From assembly GCA_947085865.1 (NCBI GenBank), contig CAMTYC010000030.1, positions 4,418 to 68,417 of the forward strand: a stretch of 64,000 nucleotides of DNA, read 5' to 3'. Every line of letters starts with the position of its first letter. Within the stretch, counting starts at the first letter, position 1. Of this stretch, positions 52,811-61,841 are shown piece by piece. The stretch comes from an uncultured Moraxellaceae bacterium (GTDB taxonomy: Bacteria > Pseudomonadota > Gammaproteobacteria > Pseudomonadales > Moraxellaceae). Both the position numbers and the translations under genes were made by a program. A model generated the notes under the pieces. The model saw only the letters and a list, made by a program, of their open reading frames with translations. It did no database searches and had not been told where the DNA came from.

Positions 52811-53937
52811 AGGTGTCAGTAGTCCACAGCTTGGCAGACATAAAGCCTGAGCAGTGGGATGGTTTGTTAACACTGCAGCAACCCTTTTTAAGTCATACAT
52901 TTTTATACGGCTTGGAGCGCACTGGCTGTGTGGGAGCTGGTACTGGCTGGGCGCCTGCACATATTGTGGTGCTTGATGAAAACAATTCGCTACAGGCTGC
53001 TATGCCGGGATGGCTAAAGCAGCACTCTCGTGGCGAGTATGTGTTTGATCAAGCATGGGCAGAAGGGGCTTATCAAGCAGGCATTGCATATTATCCGAAG
53101 TGGTTATCAGCGGTACCTTTTAGCCCAATTACTGGGCCGCGGGTGTTTGGTCGTTCAGCGGCGATTGAACTATTGCTCAAGGAGTTAGTTAACTTGCCAA
53201 AGTTAGCTGGCTTATCGAGCTGGCATATTAATTTTACTAATTCCGATAGCAACACCTATTTGTCTCAAGACCCGCTGTGGCTTTTACGACACGATTGTCA
53301 GTTTCATTGGCGTAATCAAAATTACCAAAGCTTTGATGATTTTCTTGCGCTATTAACATCGGATAGACGCAAAAAAATTCGACAAGAGCGGCGCAAAGTA
53401 GCCTTGTTAGATTTGAGTTTTGAATGGTGTGCTGGAGATCAGTTAAGCCCAGAGATAATAAGCCAAGTATATGATTGTTATAATAATACCTATGCCGTGC
53501 GTGGGCAGCTGCCGTATTTAACGCCTGAATTCTTTAGCTTGTTATGCCAGCAGATGGGGCAGTTTGTTCGTGTTTTATTGGTGAGACGACAGCAGCGTGT
53601 GATTGCGATGGCATTGTTTATTGTTGCTGACAATACCTTGTATGGTCGTTATTGGGGGGCGCTAGAAGATGTGCCGTTATTGCACTTTGAGGTCTGTTTT
53701 TATCGCGGTATTGAGTATGCAATTTCGCAGGGCTTAAGTTGCTTTGATCCAGGAGCACAAGGTGAGCATAAGCTGATTCGTGGTTTTGAGCCGGTGCTAA
53801 CCAACTCATGGCATCGTTTTCAGCATCCGGGGTTACAGCAGGCTGTTGCTGACTTTTTGCAGCGCGAGCGTATCGGTGTAGAGCGTTACCAAGCGGCAGC
53901 ACTGGCAGCCTGTCCATACAAAAAAACCGGCGTTTAA
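52807..53937 (+). CDS. GNAT/FemAB-like protein (DUF482 type)
   Basis: HSRGEYVFD, YYPKW, PFSPITGPR, LYGRYWG, LHFEVCFY, GAQGEHKLIRGF. Confidence 0.9.
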   Translation: MKVSVVHSLADIKPEQWDGLLTLQQPFLSHTFLYGLERTGCVGAGTGWAPAHIVVLDENNSLQAAMPGWLKQHSRGEYVFDQAWAEGAYQAGIAYYPKWLSAVPFSPITGPRVFGRSAAIELLLKELVNLPKLAGLSSWHINFTNSDSNTYLSQDPLWLLRHDCQFHWRNQNYQSFDDFLALLTSDRRKKIRQERRKVALLDLSFEWCAGDQLSPEIISQVYDCYNNTYAVRGQLPYLTPEFFSLLCQQMGQFVRVLLVRRQQRVIAMALFIVADNTLYGRYWGALEDVPLLHFEVCFYRGIEYAISQGLSCFDPGAQGEHKLIRGFEPVLTNSWHRFQHPGLQQAVADFLQRERIGVERYQAAALAACPYKKTGV

Positions 53938-53948
53938 GCCGGTTTTTT
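53921..53948. terminator. bidirectional terminator overlapping the GNAT stop codon
   Basis: AAAAAACCGGC-gtttaa-GCCGGTTTTTT between convergent genes. Confidence 0.85.
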
Positions 53949-53963
53949 GTGTGCAGCAAATGC

Positions 53964-54446
53964 TTAGTGGTGATGTCCACCAATGCCATGTACGTGGCCA
54001 TGAGCCAGCTCTTCTTCTGATGCGGCACGAACTTCTTTCACGGTCACATCAAAGTGTAATGTTTGGCCAGCCAATGGGTGGTTGCCATTCACGGTGATAT
54101 TGTCGCCTTCAACAGCGGCTACCGTAATAACCTGCATACCTTGCGCAGTTTGCGCTTGGAACTGCATGCCAGCTTGAATGTCGTCAACACCAGCAAACAA
54201 ATGGCGTGGAACAACTTCCATCAATTCTGGGTTAAATTCGCCATAACCTTCAGCAGGCTCAATGCTGACTTTCAGGCTGTCGCCAACGGCTTTGCCCAGC
54301 AATGCTTTTTCTAAGCCAGGAATAATATTGTGATGACCATGGAGATAAGCCAATGGTTCGCCACCAGCGGAGCTGTCGATAACGTCGCCATTGTCGTTGG
54401 TCAGGGTGTAATCGATCAGCGCAACGCTGTCTTGAGCAATCTGCAT
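53964..54446 (-). CDS. slyD: FKBP-type PPIase SlyD
   Basis: PLAYLHG, IIPGLEKAL, NHPLAG, His-rich tail HGHVHGIGGHHH. Confidence 0.96.
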   Translation of the reverse strand: MQIAQDSVALIDYTLTNDNGDVIDSSAGGEPLAYLHGHHNIIPGLEKALLGKAVGDSLKVSIEPAEGYGEFNPELMEVVPRHLFAGVDDIQAGMQFQAQTAQGMQVITVAAVEGDNITVNGNHPLAGQTLHFDVTVKEVRAASEEELAHGHVHGIGGHHH

Positions 54447-54533
54447 GTTTATAACCTTCTAATAAATGGCAACGGTGCCGGTGACTAATGGTAGCCGATC
54501 TGTGCTTAATCTAAAACCGCTCAAGGATTTGGA

Positions 54534-56297
54534 TTAAAAATAGTGTAGCCAACTCATGCTCAGCACAGCTTGACTATCTTTTCGCCAATATTGACGGCCT
54601 TCTATGCGGATTGCATTTTCGGTATTGAGATTGCGCTGTAGCCCCAAGCGTAATTCATGGCTCCAATTATTGGCGGGCAAGCGATACATAGGCCTCGTTT
54701 CGATGCTCCAGCGCCATGTTTCAGGCACATGCTGACCTAACTGGCCGATACAGCCTAAGCGTGCACCAACGCCAAACTCATAACCTTTAAGCAAGCTTTT
54801 ACTGGCACGAATGTCGCCATGATTTTGGCCGTAACACAGCGCATTTGATACCCAAGTGGCTAAACCAGCCCCACCTTCTAACACGGTCATGCTGTGGCGT
54901 TTGTTGTCATCAGCGTCGGTAAGGGCTCGATCAACGCCTAAACGTACGGACCATGAGGTGGGCATGTGTAGGCTGTTGACTGGTGCTAATGAGTCAATGC
55001 CAACGAGTGTGGCCTCTTCTACTTTTAGCCCGCTGCGACCAGCACGTAGTGCAAGATCTAAAAAGCTAATGCCTGCGCCGGTGCGATAGCCACCACTGGG
55101 GTCTAACCAGTCGTGGTAGGCCGGGCGAAAACGCAGCGTGCTAAAGGTCTCATGGTCTTGACCAATGCCAACCGACCAACGTCCGGTGCCGTGGCCTTGT
55201 GATGGTTCAATTGCAGGCACTGGCGGCTCAACACGTTGGTCTGGTACCGTCAATGTGCTGCGCTGTGTTAGCAACTGGCGTAGTCTTGTTGGCGCGTTAA
55301 CATCTGCTTTGTGGCTTACATGACGAGTGTATAAATCATCATAAGCAGCTTCTAACGCCTGTGCCTGCTCAAGTGCTGTTAAATCTTGAGTAAATGCTCC
55401 ATTTTGGCTTAATGCCAACGCTTGCCGATTGACCTGCCGACTATTGCGTTTTGCCGCGGCCGCTAACTTTGTGCCGCTAGCTGCACGATAGCTGACTCGT
55501 TTAAGCAGATTGGGTTGCTCTAGTACCGCGCGCAGCGTATCGGTAGGCATGGCATGCCAATTAAAGCGTGACTGCAAATCCAAGCCAGGTTTGGCCATTT
55601 CAATCAGCCCTAGCAGCTCGTAAGAGCAATTACGGGTAAAGAAGTAATAAGGCGAGGTGAACTCGCGCCACTCCCAATACACTAATTGCAGGCGATTGAC
55701 CTCGTCTTCACTTAAGTTAAGTTCGTACTCCCACAGATCACGGCTTTCCCAGTCGTTGTACTCTTTAACCTTTTCATAATAGGGTAAAAGTGAAAATGCG
55801 CCGGGGTAACCGCCAGTAAGGCCCTTCCATGCAAACTCAAGGCCGTTCGTGGTGTTAGTTTGTGCTGAATAATTAATGGCATAAGACAGCAAACGTACGT
55901 CATCGCTGTGTTGGCGCGAGTCTAGTCGCAGCAAGGTGTGGCCAAACATTGATGACGGATTATTTAGATAATCGCTGGCAAACACTAAGGTAATTTGGTT
56001 GCTGTCTAAATCTTTAAGCCACTGACTTAATGCCGGGCAGGGCTGATCTGGCCAGCGCTGTGCCTGTTCGGAATATTTTGTTTGCAGCCAAGCATAACGG
56101 GCGGGAAAACGACAACGTGGATGCGTATCGGGTGTTGTTAAGTCTTGCTGTTGTGCCGCTGCCAACAAGGTGTCAATTTGTGTGTGTTCAGACTGATCAT
56201 TACGAATTAGTTTTTGCCAGTACAACTCTTCAGCTTGTACCGCCGGAGTGAATGAGAGGCTTAGCAGCAATATGGTTAGTGAAAAATAGGGGCGCAT
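54534..56297 (-). CDS. DUF4105-domain protein with signal peptide and probable C-terminal beta-barrel
   Basis: CRFPAR, NNPSSMFGHTLLR, ESRDLWEYELNL, YYFFTRNCSY, RPAYHD; ends in WLHYF. Confidence 0.85.
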   Translation of the reverse strand: MRPYFSLTILLLSLSFTPAVQAEELYWQKLIRNDQSEHTQIDTLLAAAQQQDLTTPDTHPRCRFPARYAWLQTKYSEQAQRWPDQPCPALSQWLKDLDSNQITLVFASDYLNNPSSMFGHTLLRLDSRQHSDDVRLLSYAINYSAQTNTTNGLEFAWKGLTGGYPGAFSLLPYYEKVKEYNDWESRDLWEYELNLSEDEVNRLQLVYWEWREFTSPYYFFTRNCSYELLGLIEMAKPGLDLQSRFNWHAMPTDTLRAVLEQPNLLKRVSYRAASGTKLAAAAKRNSRQVNRQALALSQNGAFTQDLTALEQAQALEAAYDDLYTRHVSHKADVNAPTRLRQLLTQRSTLTVPDQRVEPPVPAIEPSQGHGTGRWSVGIGQDHETFSTLRFRPAYHDWLDPSGGYRTGAGISFLDLALRAGRSGLKVEEATLVGIDSLAPVNSLHMPTSWSVRLGVDRALTDADDNKRHSMTVLEGGAGLATWVSNALCYGQNHGDIRASKSLLKGYEFGVGARLGCIGQLGQHVPETWRWSIETRPMYRLPANNWSHELRLGLQRNLNTENAIRIEGRQYWRKDSQAVLSMSWLHYF

Positions 56298-56321
56298 AAA
56301 ACAAACAGCATCCTAAAGCAG

Positions 56322-56348
56322 AAAAAAGCCCTGCGAGCAGGGCTTTTT
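56322..56348 (-). terminator. terminator-like hairpin between the DUF3015 and DUF4105 genes
   Basis: AAAAAAGCCCTGC-ga-GCAGGGCTTTTT; gives a U6 tail on the minus strand. Confidence 0.8.
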
Positions 56349-56366
56349 AGACAGGGAGCAAGGTGA

Positions 56367-56852
56367 TTAGGCTTTGACGTAACCAGCGAGCTGTTCGTTG
56401 TTTGTCATCACTGCTTGCAGTGAATCTAACACTTGGCCTGCTGTGATGTTGGTTGGTGCAAAAATTTGACCAAAGTTGTCACGTGTGGCCTGGAAGAATA
56501 CGGGGCGGTCTTCTTCACTAATACCCATCAAATCGGCCAGCACATTTAGGCTTTCACCTTGACCAACTGACATGTCACGCGCCAAGCGCTCAATATTAGA
56601 GCCGGTGTACATGGACAGGCGAACGCGAGAGGTGATGACACCGTCTTGTTGGCAACCTAGGGTGCCAGTAGAAATACCGAATGTTTGGTTGCCGAGAGTA
56701 CCGTTAGTGGTTGCTGCTAATACTTTTGGTACGAGACCAGATTGACCTGCCCAAAGAATGGTACCAACACCACAGCCTACATCTTGATCGGCCATGGCAA
56801 ATGTACTGGTGCTTGCAATTACAGCGGCAGCGAGTAATTTTTTCATTGTCAT
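56367..56852 (-). CDS. DUF3015-family secreted protein
   Basis: Signal peptide ending AMA, GCGVG, ATTNGTLGNQTFGISTGTLGC, DMSVGQGESL; RBS GAGGA before ATG 56852. Confidence 0.88.
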   Translation of the reverse strand: MTMKKLLAAAVIASTSTFAMADQDVGCGVGTILWAGQSGLVPKVLAATTNGTLGNQTFGISTGTLGCQQDGVITSRVRLSMYTGSNIERLARDMSVGQGESLNVLADLMGISEEDRPVFFQATRDNFGQIFAPTNITAGQVLDSLQAVMTNNEQLAGYVKA

Positions 56853-56966
56853 GAAGATATCCTCTTTCATTATTGTGTCCCACAGCAATATGCGGGTTTC
56901 CTCAGTCTATGCTGAACCGATTGGAACGCAACAGCGTGTTCATAAAAAAAACGACCAACGGCAGGG

Positions 56967-56995
56967 CTTGAGATTTTGATCTAGCGTACCCATAT
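56967..56995 (+). promoter_or_regulatory. sigma32 (RpoH) promoter of htpG
   Basis: CTTGAGA N14 ACCCATAT versus consensus CTTGAAA N13-14 CCCCATNT, 35 nt upstream of htpG. Confidence 0.75.
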
Positions 56996-57030
56996 CGTTA
57001 CTTGGTGTTGAATGACGATGAGGATGACTT

Positions 57031-58929
57031 ATGACCACGCAAGAATCACTGGCCCCACAAAAAGAAACCATGGGCTTTCAGACTGAAGTCTCAAAATTAC
57101 TGCATTTGATGATTCATTCGCTCTACAGCAATCCGGAAATTTTTTTACGCGAACTGATTTCTAACGCTTCAGATGCTGCCGATAAATTACGATTTGAGGC
57201 GTTATCAAAGCCCGAATTGCTGGCCGATGATACCGAGTTAGGTATTTGGATTGATGTTGACCAAACCGCTGGCACATTAACTTTGCGCGACAATGGCATT
57301 GGCATGAGTCGTGATGAAGTCATTCAAAATCTTGGCACAATTGCACGCTCTGGCACTTCAGAGTTTATGAAAAATCTGACCGGTGATGAGAAAAAAGACA
57401 GTCAGTTAATTGGTCAATTTGGTGTCGGCTTTTACTCTGCTTTTGTGGTTGCCGAAAAAGTCGTATTAACCAGCCGCCGTGCTGGTGCTACAGCAGCAGA
57501 GGGCGTGCGCTGGGAGTCAGAAGGCACAGGTGAATTTAGTGTAGAAACCATTGAGCAAGCAGCGCGCGGCACTACGATTACGTTACATCTGCGCGAGGCA
57601 TCACGAGAGTTCGCTGATAGCTGGCGTGTGCGAAATATTATTCACAAATATGCTGAACATATTGCCTTGCCAGTGCATCTAAAAGCGCCTGCAGAAAAAG
57701 AGGGTGAAGAAGCGGCCTATGAGGTGGTTAACCAAGCCAAGGCTTTGTGGTCACGCCCACGTACCGAAATCAAAGATGATGAGTATCAAGCGTTTTATAA
57801 GCATATTGCTCACGACTTTGAGGATCCGCTGGCCTGGAGCCATAACAAAGTCGAAGGCAAGTTAGAGTACACATCACTGCTTTATGTGCCGGGCCGTGCC
57901 CCCTTTGATTTGTATCAGCGTGAAGGTGTGCGTGGTCTAAAATTGTATGTGCAGCGCGTCTTTATCATGGACGATGCTGAGCAGTTTATGCCGCTGTATT
58001 TGCGCTTCATCAAAGGTGTTATTGATTCCAATGATTTGCCGCTGAACGTATCGCGTGAGCTGCTGCAGTCATCCGATGTGATCGACTCAATGAAGTCAGC
58101 GCTCACAAAACGTGCGTTAGACATGATTGCAAAATTGGCCGATGACAAAGAGGCCTATGCCAAATTTTATGCTGCGTTTGGTCAGGTACTGAAAGAGGGC
58201 TTGGCTGAGGACAGCAGCAATCAGGAGAAAATTGCCAAGCTGTTGCGCTTTGCTTCGACAGCGTCTGATGATAAGTCGGCCTCTGTGGCGTTGGCTGATT
58301 ATGTAGGGCGTATGCAGGAAGGCCAAAACACCATTTATTATTTGACTGCAGATAACTACACCACGGCCAGCCAAAGTCCGCACTTAGAGTTGTTCCGTAA
58401 AAAAGGGGTAGAGGTGTTATTGCTGGTTGATCGCATTGATGAGTGGATGATGAGTTATCTGCGTGAGTTTGATGGCAAGTCTTTCCAGCATATTGGTAAA
58501 GGTGAGGTGGACTTGTCAGCGATTAATGGCGCTGATGATGCCGAGCCAGTGGTCAGTGAAGAGCAAACACAGCAAGCCACGGCTTTGGTTGAGCGCTTAA
58601 AGCAGTCATTAGGTGAGCGCGTGAAAGAGGTGCGTGTTACCAATCGTTTGAGTGAGTCACCAACATGCTTGGTATTGGATGCTTTTGATCCTGGCTTCCA
58701 GATGCGTCAACTAATGGAGGCTGCAGGCCAGAAGCTGCCAGAAGTGAAACCAATTTTGGAAATCAATCCTACTCACGCGTTAATTAACCAGTTGGCTAAT
58801 GAAGTGGATGAGGATCGATTTGCTGATTTGGCTGCGGTGTTGTTAGACCAAGCGGCATTGGCTGAGGGTAGTCAGTTAGAGGATCCTGCGGCGTACGTGC
58901 GACGTGTTCAGCGACTTCTGCAAGGTTAA
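57031..58929 (+). CDS. htpG: chaperone HtpG (Hsp90)
   Basis: [47 protein letters not shown]. Confidence 0.98.
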   Translation: MTTQESLAPQKETMGFQTEVSKLLHLMIHSLYSNPEIFLRELISNASDAADKLRFEALSKPELLADDTELGIWIDVDQTAGTLTLRDNGIGMSRDEVIQNLGTIARSGTSEFMKNLTGDEKKDSQLIGQFGVGFYSAFVVAEKVVLTSRRAGATAAEGVRWESEGTGEFSVETIEQAARGTTITLHLREASREFADSWRVRNIIHKYAEHIALPVHLKAPAEKEGEEAAYEVVNQAKALWSRPRTEIKDDEYQAFYKHIAHDFEDPLAWSHNKVEGKLEYTSLLYVPGRAPFDLYQREGVRGLKLYVQRVFIMDDAEQFMPLYLRFIKGVIDSNDLPLNVSRELLQSSDVIDSMKSALTKRALDMIAKLADDKEAYAKFYAAFGQVLKEGLAEDSSNQEKIAKLLRFASTASDDKSASVALADYVGRMQEGQNTIYYLTADNYTTASQSPHLELFRKKGVEVLLLVDRIDEWMMSYLREFDGKSFQHIGKGEVDLSAINGADDAEPVVSEEQTQQATALVERLKQSLGERVKEVRVTNRLSESPTCLVLDAFDPGFQMRQLMEAAGQKLPEVKPILEINPTHALINQLANEVDEDRFADLAAVLLDQAALAEGSQLEDPAAYVRRVQRLLQG

Positions 58930-58944
58930 AATTAATAGCCCAGC

Positions 58945-58973
58945 AAAAAGCCGAGCGTAGTCTCGGCTTTTTT
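58945..58973 (+). terminator. terminator after htpG
   Basis: AAAAAGCCGAG-cgtagt-CTCGGCTTTTTT. Confidence 0.9.
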
Positions 58974-58988
58974 GTCCGACAGAAAGTG

Positions 58989-59016
58989 TTGGTCAGTACG
59001 GCGGCGTCGGTATAAT
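58989..59016 (+). promoter_or_regulatory. sigma70 promoter candidate for gpsA
   Basis: TTGGTC (58989) N16 TATAAT (59011). Confidence 0.55.
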
Positions 59017-59062
59017 CAAAGTTTGGCTGTTCTTGCCATGTGTGTCTAAAGGACTTTTTTTC

Positions 59063-60094
59063 ATGTCGTCATTTAATGTTGCGGTGCTGGGTGGTGGTAG
59101 TTTTGGTACAGTCATCGCGAATTTAGCCGCATCAAATGGTCACGCGACTACCTTGTGGTTGCGAGATCCTCAGCAGCTCGCTGATATGCGCGAGAAGCAA
59201 GAAAATACCCGTTACCTGCCGGGATTTCCGTTGGATCCATCACTGCAGTTTAGTGATGACTTGCAAGCGGTGGTGGCTCAGGCGGACATTATTTTTGTTT
59301 CGATTCCGAGCAAAGCATTTCGAAGTGTATTGCAGGCTGCAAAACCGGCACTGCGCCCAGAGCAGATGTTGGTCAGCACAACCAAAGGTATTGAGCGCGC
59401 GAACTTTGCATTAATGAGTGAAATTTTGCGTGATGAGTCAGGCTTAGAGCGTATTGGTGTATTGAGTGGGCCGAACTTGGCGCGCGAAATTATGGCCAAA
59501 CAAATTGCCGGTACGGTTATTGCTAGCCCAGACGAAGCCTTGCGCGATACTGTGCATGCCGTGCTGTCCTGCACTTTTTTCCGCGTGTTCTCTAATACCG
59601 ATGTGTATGGTGTGGAGCTTAGTGGCGCCTTAAAGAATATTTATGCAGTCGCTTCAGGTATGGCGGCTGCACACAATCTTGGCGAGAACACTCGTGCCAT
59701 GCTGCTGACTCGCTCGCTTGCAGAAATGAGCCGATTTGCTGTTCACTTAGGTGCTAATCCATTAACTTTCTTGGGCTTAGCTGGGGTAGGTGATCTTATC
59801 GCCACTTGCTCTTCATCGTTAAGTCGTAACTATCAAGTGGGCTTTGCCATTGGCCAAGGCCAGTCTCTAGAAGATGTGGTCGAAGATCTAGAGCAAACAG
59901 CGGAAGGCATCAACACCATTCAGATGGTTAAACATAAAGCAGATGAGTTAGGGATTCGCATGCCCTTAGTCAGTGGTTTGTATGAAATCATTTTTAATGG
60001 CCGCAGCTTGTACGATGTTGTGCTAGCCATGATGTTGGCTAGCCAAAGTAGTGATGTGGAGTTTGTGCTGCCGAAACCTGGTGATGCCTCTTGA
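59063..60094 (+). CDS. gpsA: NAD(P)H-dependent glycerol-3-phosphate dehydrogenase
   Basis: GGGSFGT, TKGIE, SGPNLA, GALKN, GVGDLIATC, SRN. Confidence 0.97.
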   Translation: MSSFNVAVLGGGSFGTVIANLAASNGHATTLWLRDPQQLADMREKQENTRYLPGFPLDPSLQFSDDLQAVVAQADIIFVSIPSKAFRSVLQAAKPALRPEQMLVSTTKGIERANFALMSEILRDESGLERIGVLSGPNLAREIMAKQIAGTVIASPDEALRDTVHAVLSCTFFRVFSNTDVYGVELSGALKNIYAVASGMAAAHNLGENTRAMLLTRSLAEMSRFAVHLGANPLTFLGLAGVGDLIATCSSSLSRNYQVGFAIGQGQSLEDVVEDLEQTAEGINTIQMVKHKADELGIRMPLVSGLYEIIFNGRSLYDVVLAMMLASQSSDVEFVLPKPGDAS

Positions 60095-60612
60095 TTCGTT
60101 TATATTTGCTGCGCCATGCTGAGGCAGAAGTCGAGGCGGCAGATGATAGTTTGCGTAATTTAACGGAGTTAGGCTGGGAGCAAGCACTGGCGTCTGCAGA
60201 TTGGTTGTGTGGTCAGGTTGCAACACCAGCACGTATTATTACCAGCCCATTACTGCGCGCACGGCAAACCGCCTTGGTGGTACAGCAGACACTCAACTTG
60301 CCAGAGGCGACAATTGATTCGTCCTTTTTGCCGGATGCTGACATTGTGCGAGCAGAGCAAATGATTGCCATGGCTTTCCGTGACAATATTGATGAGTTAA
60401 TTGTGGTGTCTCATATGCCATTAATTGCATCACTGAGCTGTTGGTTGCAAGAGGGTGTGATGTCGGTTGGTGATGCCTTCTCGTTGGCTGAAGTGAGAAT
60501 TATTGAGGCTGAGGTGTTAGCGCCGGGTTTAGGGCAAGTTGGTGCGTGTTTTGTGCCAGATGAAACAGGCCGGCAAGGCTCAGAGTGGCGTTCATTATTG
60601 CCACGTTTATAA
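60091..60612 (+). CDS. sixA: phosphohistidine phosphatase SixA
   Basis: LLRHAEA, DSLRNLT, SPLLRARQT, VSHMP; TTG start overlaps the gpsA stop. Confidence 0.9.
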   Translation: MIRLYLLRHAEAEVEAADDSLRNLTELGWEQALASADWLCGQVATPARIITSPLLRARQTALVVQQTLNLPEATIDSSFLPDADIVRAEQMIAMAFRDNIDELIVVSHMPLIASLSCWLQEGVMSVGDAFSLAEVRIIEAEVLAPGLGQVGACFVPDETGRQGSEWRSLLPRL

Positions 60613-60635
60613 GCTTTTACTCGTTAGGAACTACC

Positions 60636-60911
60636 ATGTTTTTACTGCAGTTATTATTGACAGCAATGTTGTCTAGTTTGTTTACCTTGGTGTTAGTGCG
60701 TTGGTGGTTAAAGCGTCAGGGTGCGCCACTGTGGGAAAAAGAGCTTGATGAGCTGCATGAGTCGATTGCACGCACCGTAGATGTTCGTGTTAAGCGCGCA
60801 ATCATTGAGGCCATGTCAGAAGTGCAGCAAAATGATGTGGGTGCTGCATCACGACGCACGCCTAGTATCATTTCCGATAGTTTGCAGGCCGTGTTTAGTC
60901 GCACACGCTAA
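60636..60911 (+). CDS. small hypothetical membrane-anchored protein
   Basis: AGGA then ATG 60636; hydrophobic N-terminus followed by a charged helix; 91 aa. Confidence 0.65.
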   Translation: MFLLQLLLTAMLSSLFTLVLVRWWLKRQGAPLWEKELDELHESIARTVDVRVKRAIIEAMSEVQQNDVGAASRRTPSIISDSLQAVFSRTR

Positions 60912-60924
60912 GCAGCCAAGTGGC

Positions 60925-61695
60925 TTAGCGTCGCCAAAAGCGGGTGCTGATCACGGTAAAGGCCATGGCTACCCATAAGATATGTTCGCTGCTTAAGCCA
61001 TGCAGGCGCTCTTGGATGTCAGTGCCCGGCAATAGGCTCAATACTAATGCCGTTAAAACCGTCAAAATGATTACAATGTCCCAGCGTCGCTGACTTTGCC
61101 AGGCGGACTGCTGAGCCTGCCACGCCACTTGCTGTTCTGCTAACTGACCTTGTAATGCACGTATTTCCGCTAAGGCTTCTTTTAGCATGGCGGGCATGGG
61201 CATTAAGTCACTAATCCATGACGGATCGTTTTGGCGAACTTTCTGCCATAACTCAGTGATGTTGACGTGTGACTTTAACCAGCGCTGAGCAGACGTGCGC
61301 AAATTAAACTGGCGTAGCGTGTTGCGAACCCAATCGGCTTGCTCGCGCTCACCCCAAATCTGTAGGCGACCTCTAGGTCCAACGCCATGGCCACCAACCA
61401 ATGCCCCCATTAACCCTAAGAAAGAGCCTGAGATACGTACTCGAGCAACGCCTAAGCTTTCGCTAGACAGCTCAACGCCGGTCGAGGTGATGTGAGCATA
61501 AAAAACAGCATAGGGATCAACTGTTTTAACCCGGATGATTAGGCCCTGGCGCTCGCTCAAGGCGAGCTTAGTTTCAGCATCTAAGTCAATGAAGTTATTA
61601 ATGATGCTTTCAAGTAGACCAAGCCAAAGATCTTGAACAAGTACCGGCTTAGGGTCTGAATCATTGAGTTCTTCTTCTTGTAATGACTCTTGCAT
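60925..61695 (-). CDS. SCP2/UbiJ-like lipid-binding protein with coiled coil and two C-terminal TMs
   Basis: LESIINNFIDLDAET...RISGS...LQIWGE resembles UbiJ/SCP2; Q-rich helix, then two hydrophobic segments. Confidence 0.55.
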   Translation of the reverse strand: MQESLQEEELNDSDPKPVLVQDLWLGLLESIINNFIDLDAETKLALSERQGLIIRVKTVDPYAVFYAHITSTGVELSSESLGVARVRISGSFLGLMGALVGGHGVGPRGRLQIWGEREQADWVRNTLRQFNLRTSAQRWLKSHVNITELWQKVRQNDPSWISDLMPMPAMLKEALAEIRALQGQLAEQQVAWQAQQSAWQSQRRWDIVIILTVLTALVLSLLPGTDIQERLHGLSSEHILWVAMAFTVISTRFWRR

Positions 61696-61841
61696 ATTAT
61701 TTTAGCCAGCGCTGTTAGCGTTCTGCAATTTAGGGACACTATAAAGTTTGTCAATCTTTCAGTGTATACTCGTCGCTCTTTTTAACCTTTTTATAGTCTG
61801 TTTGTCATGTTTTTCATGCGCACATCTCGCAAGGGCTCACG

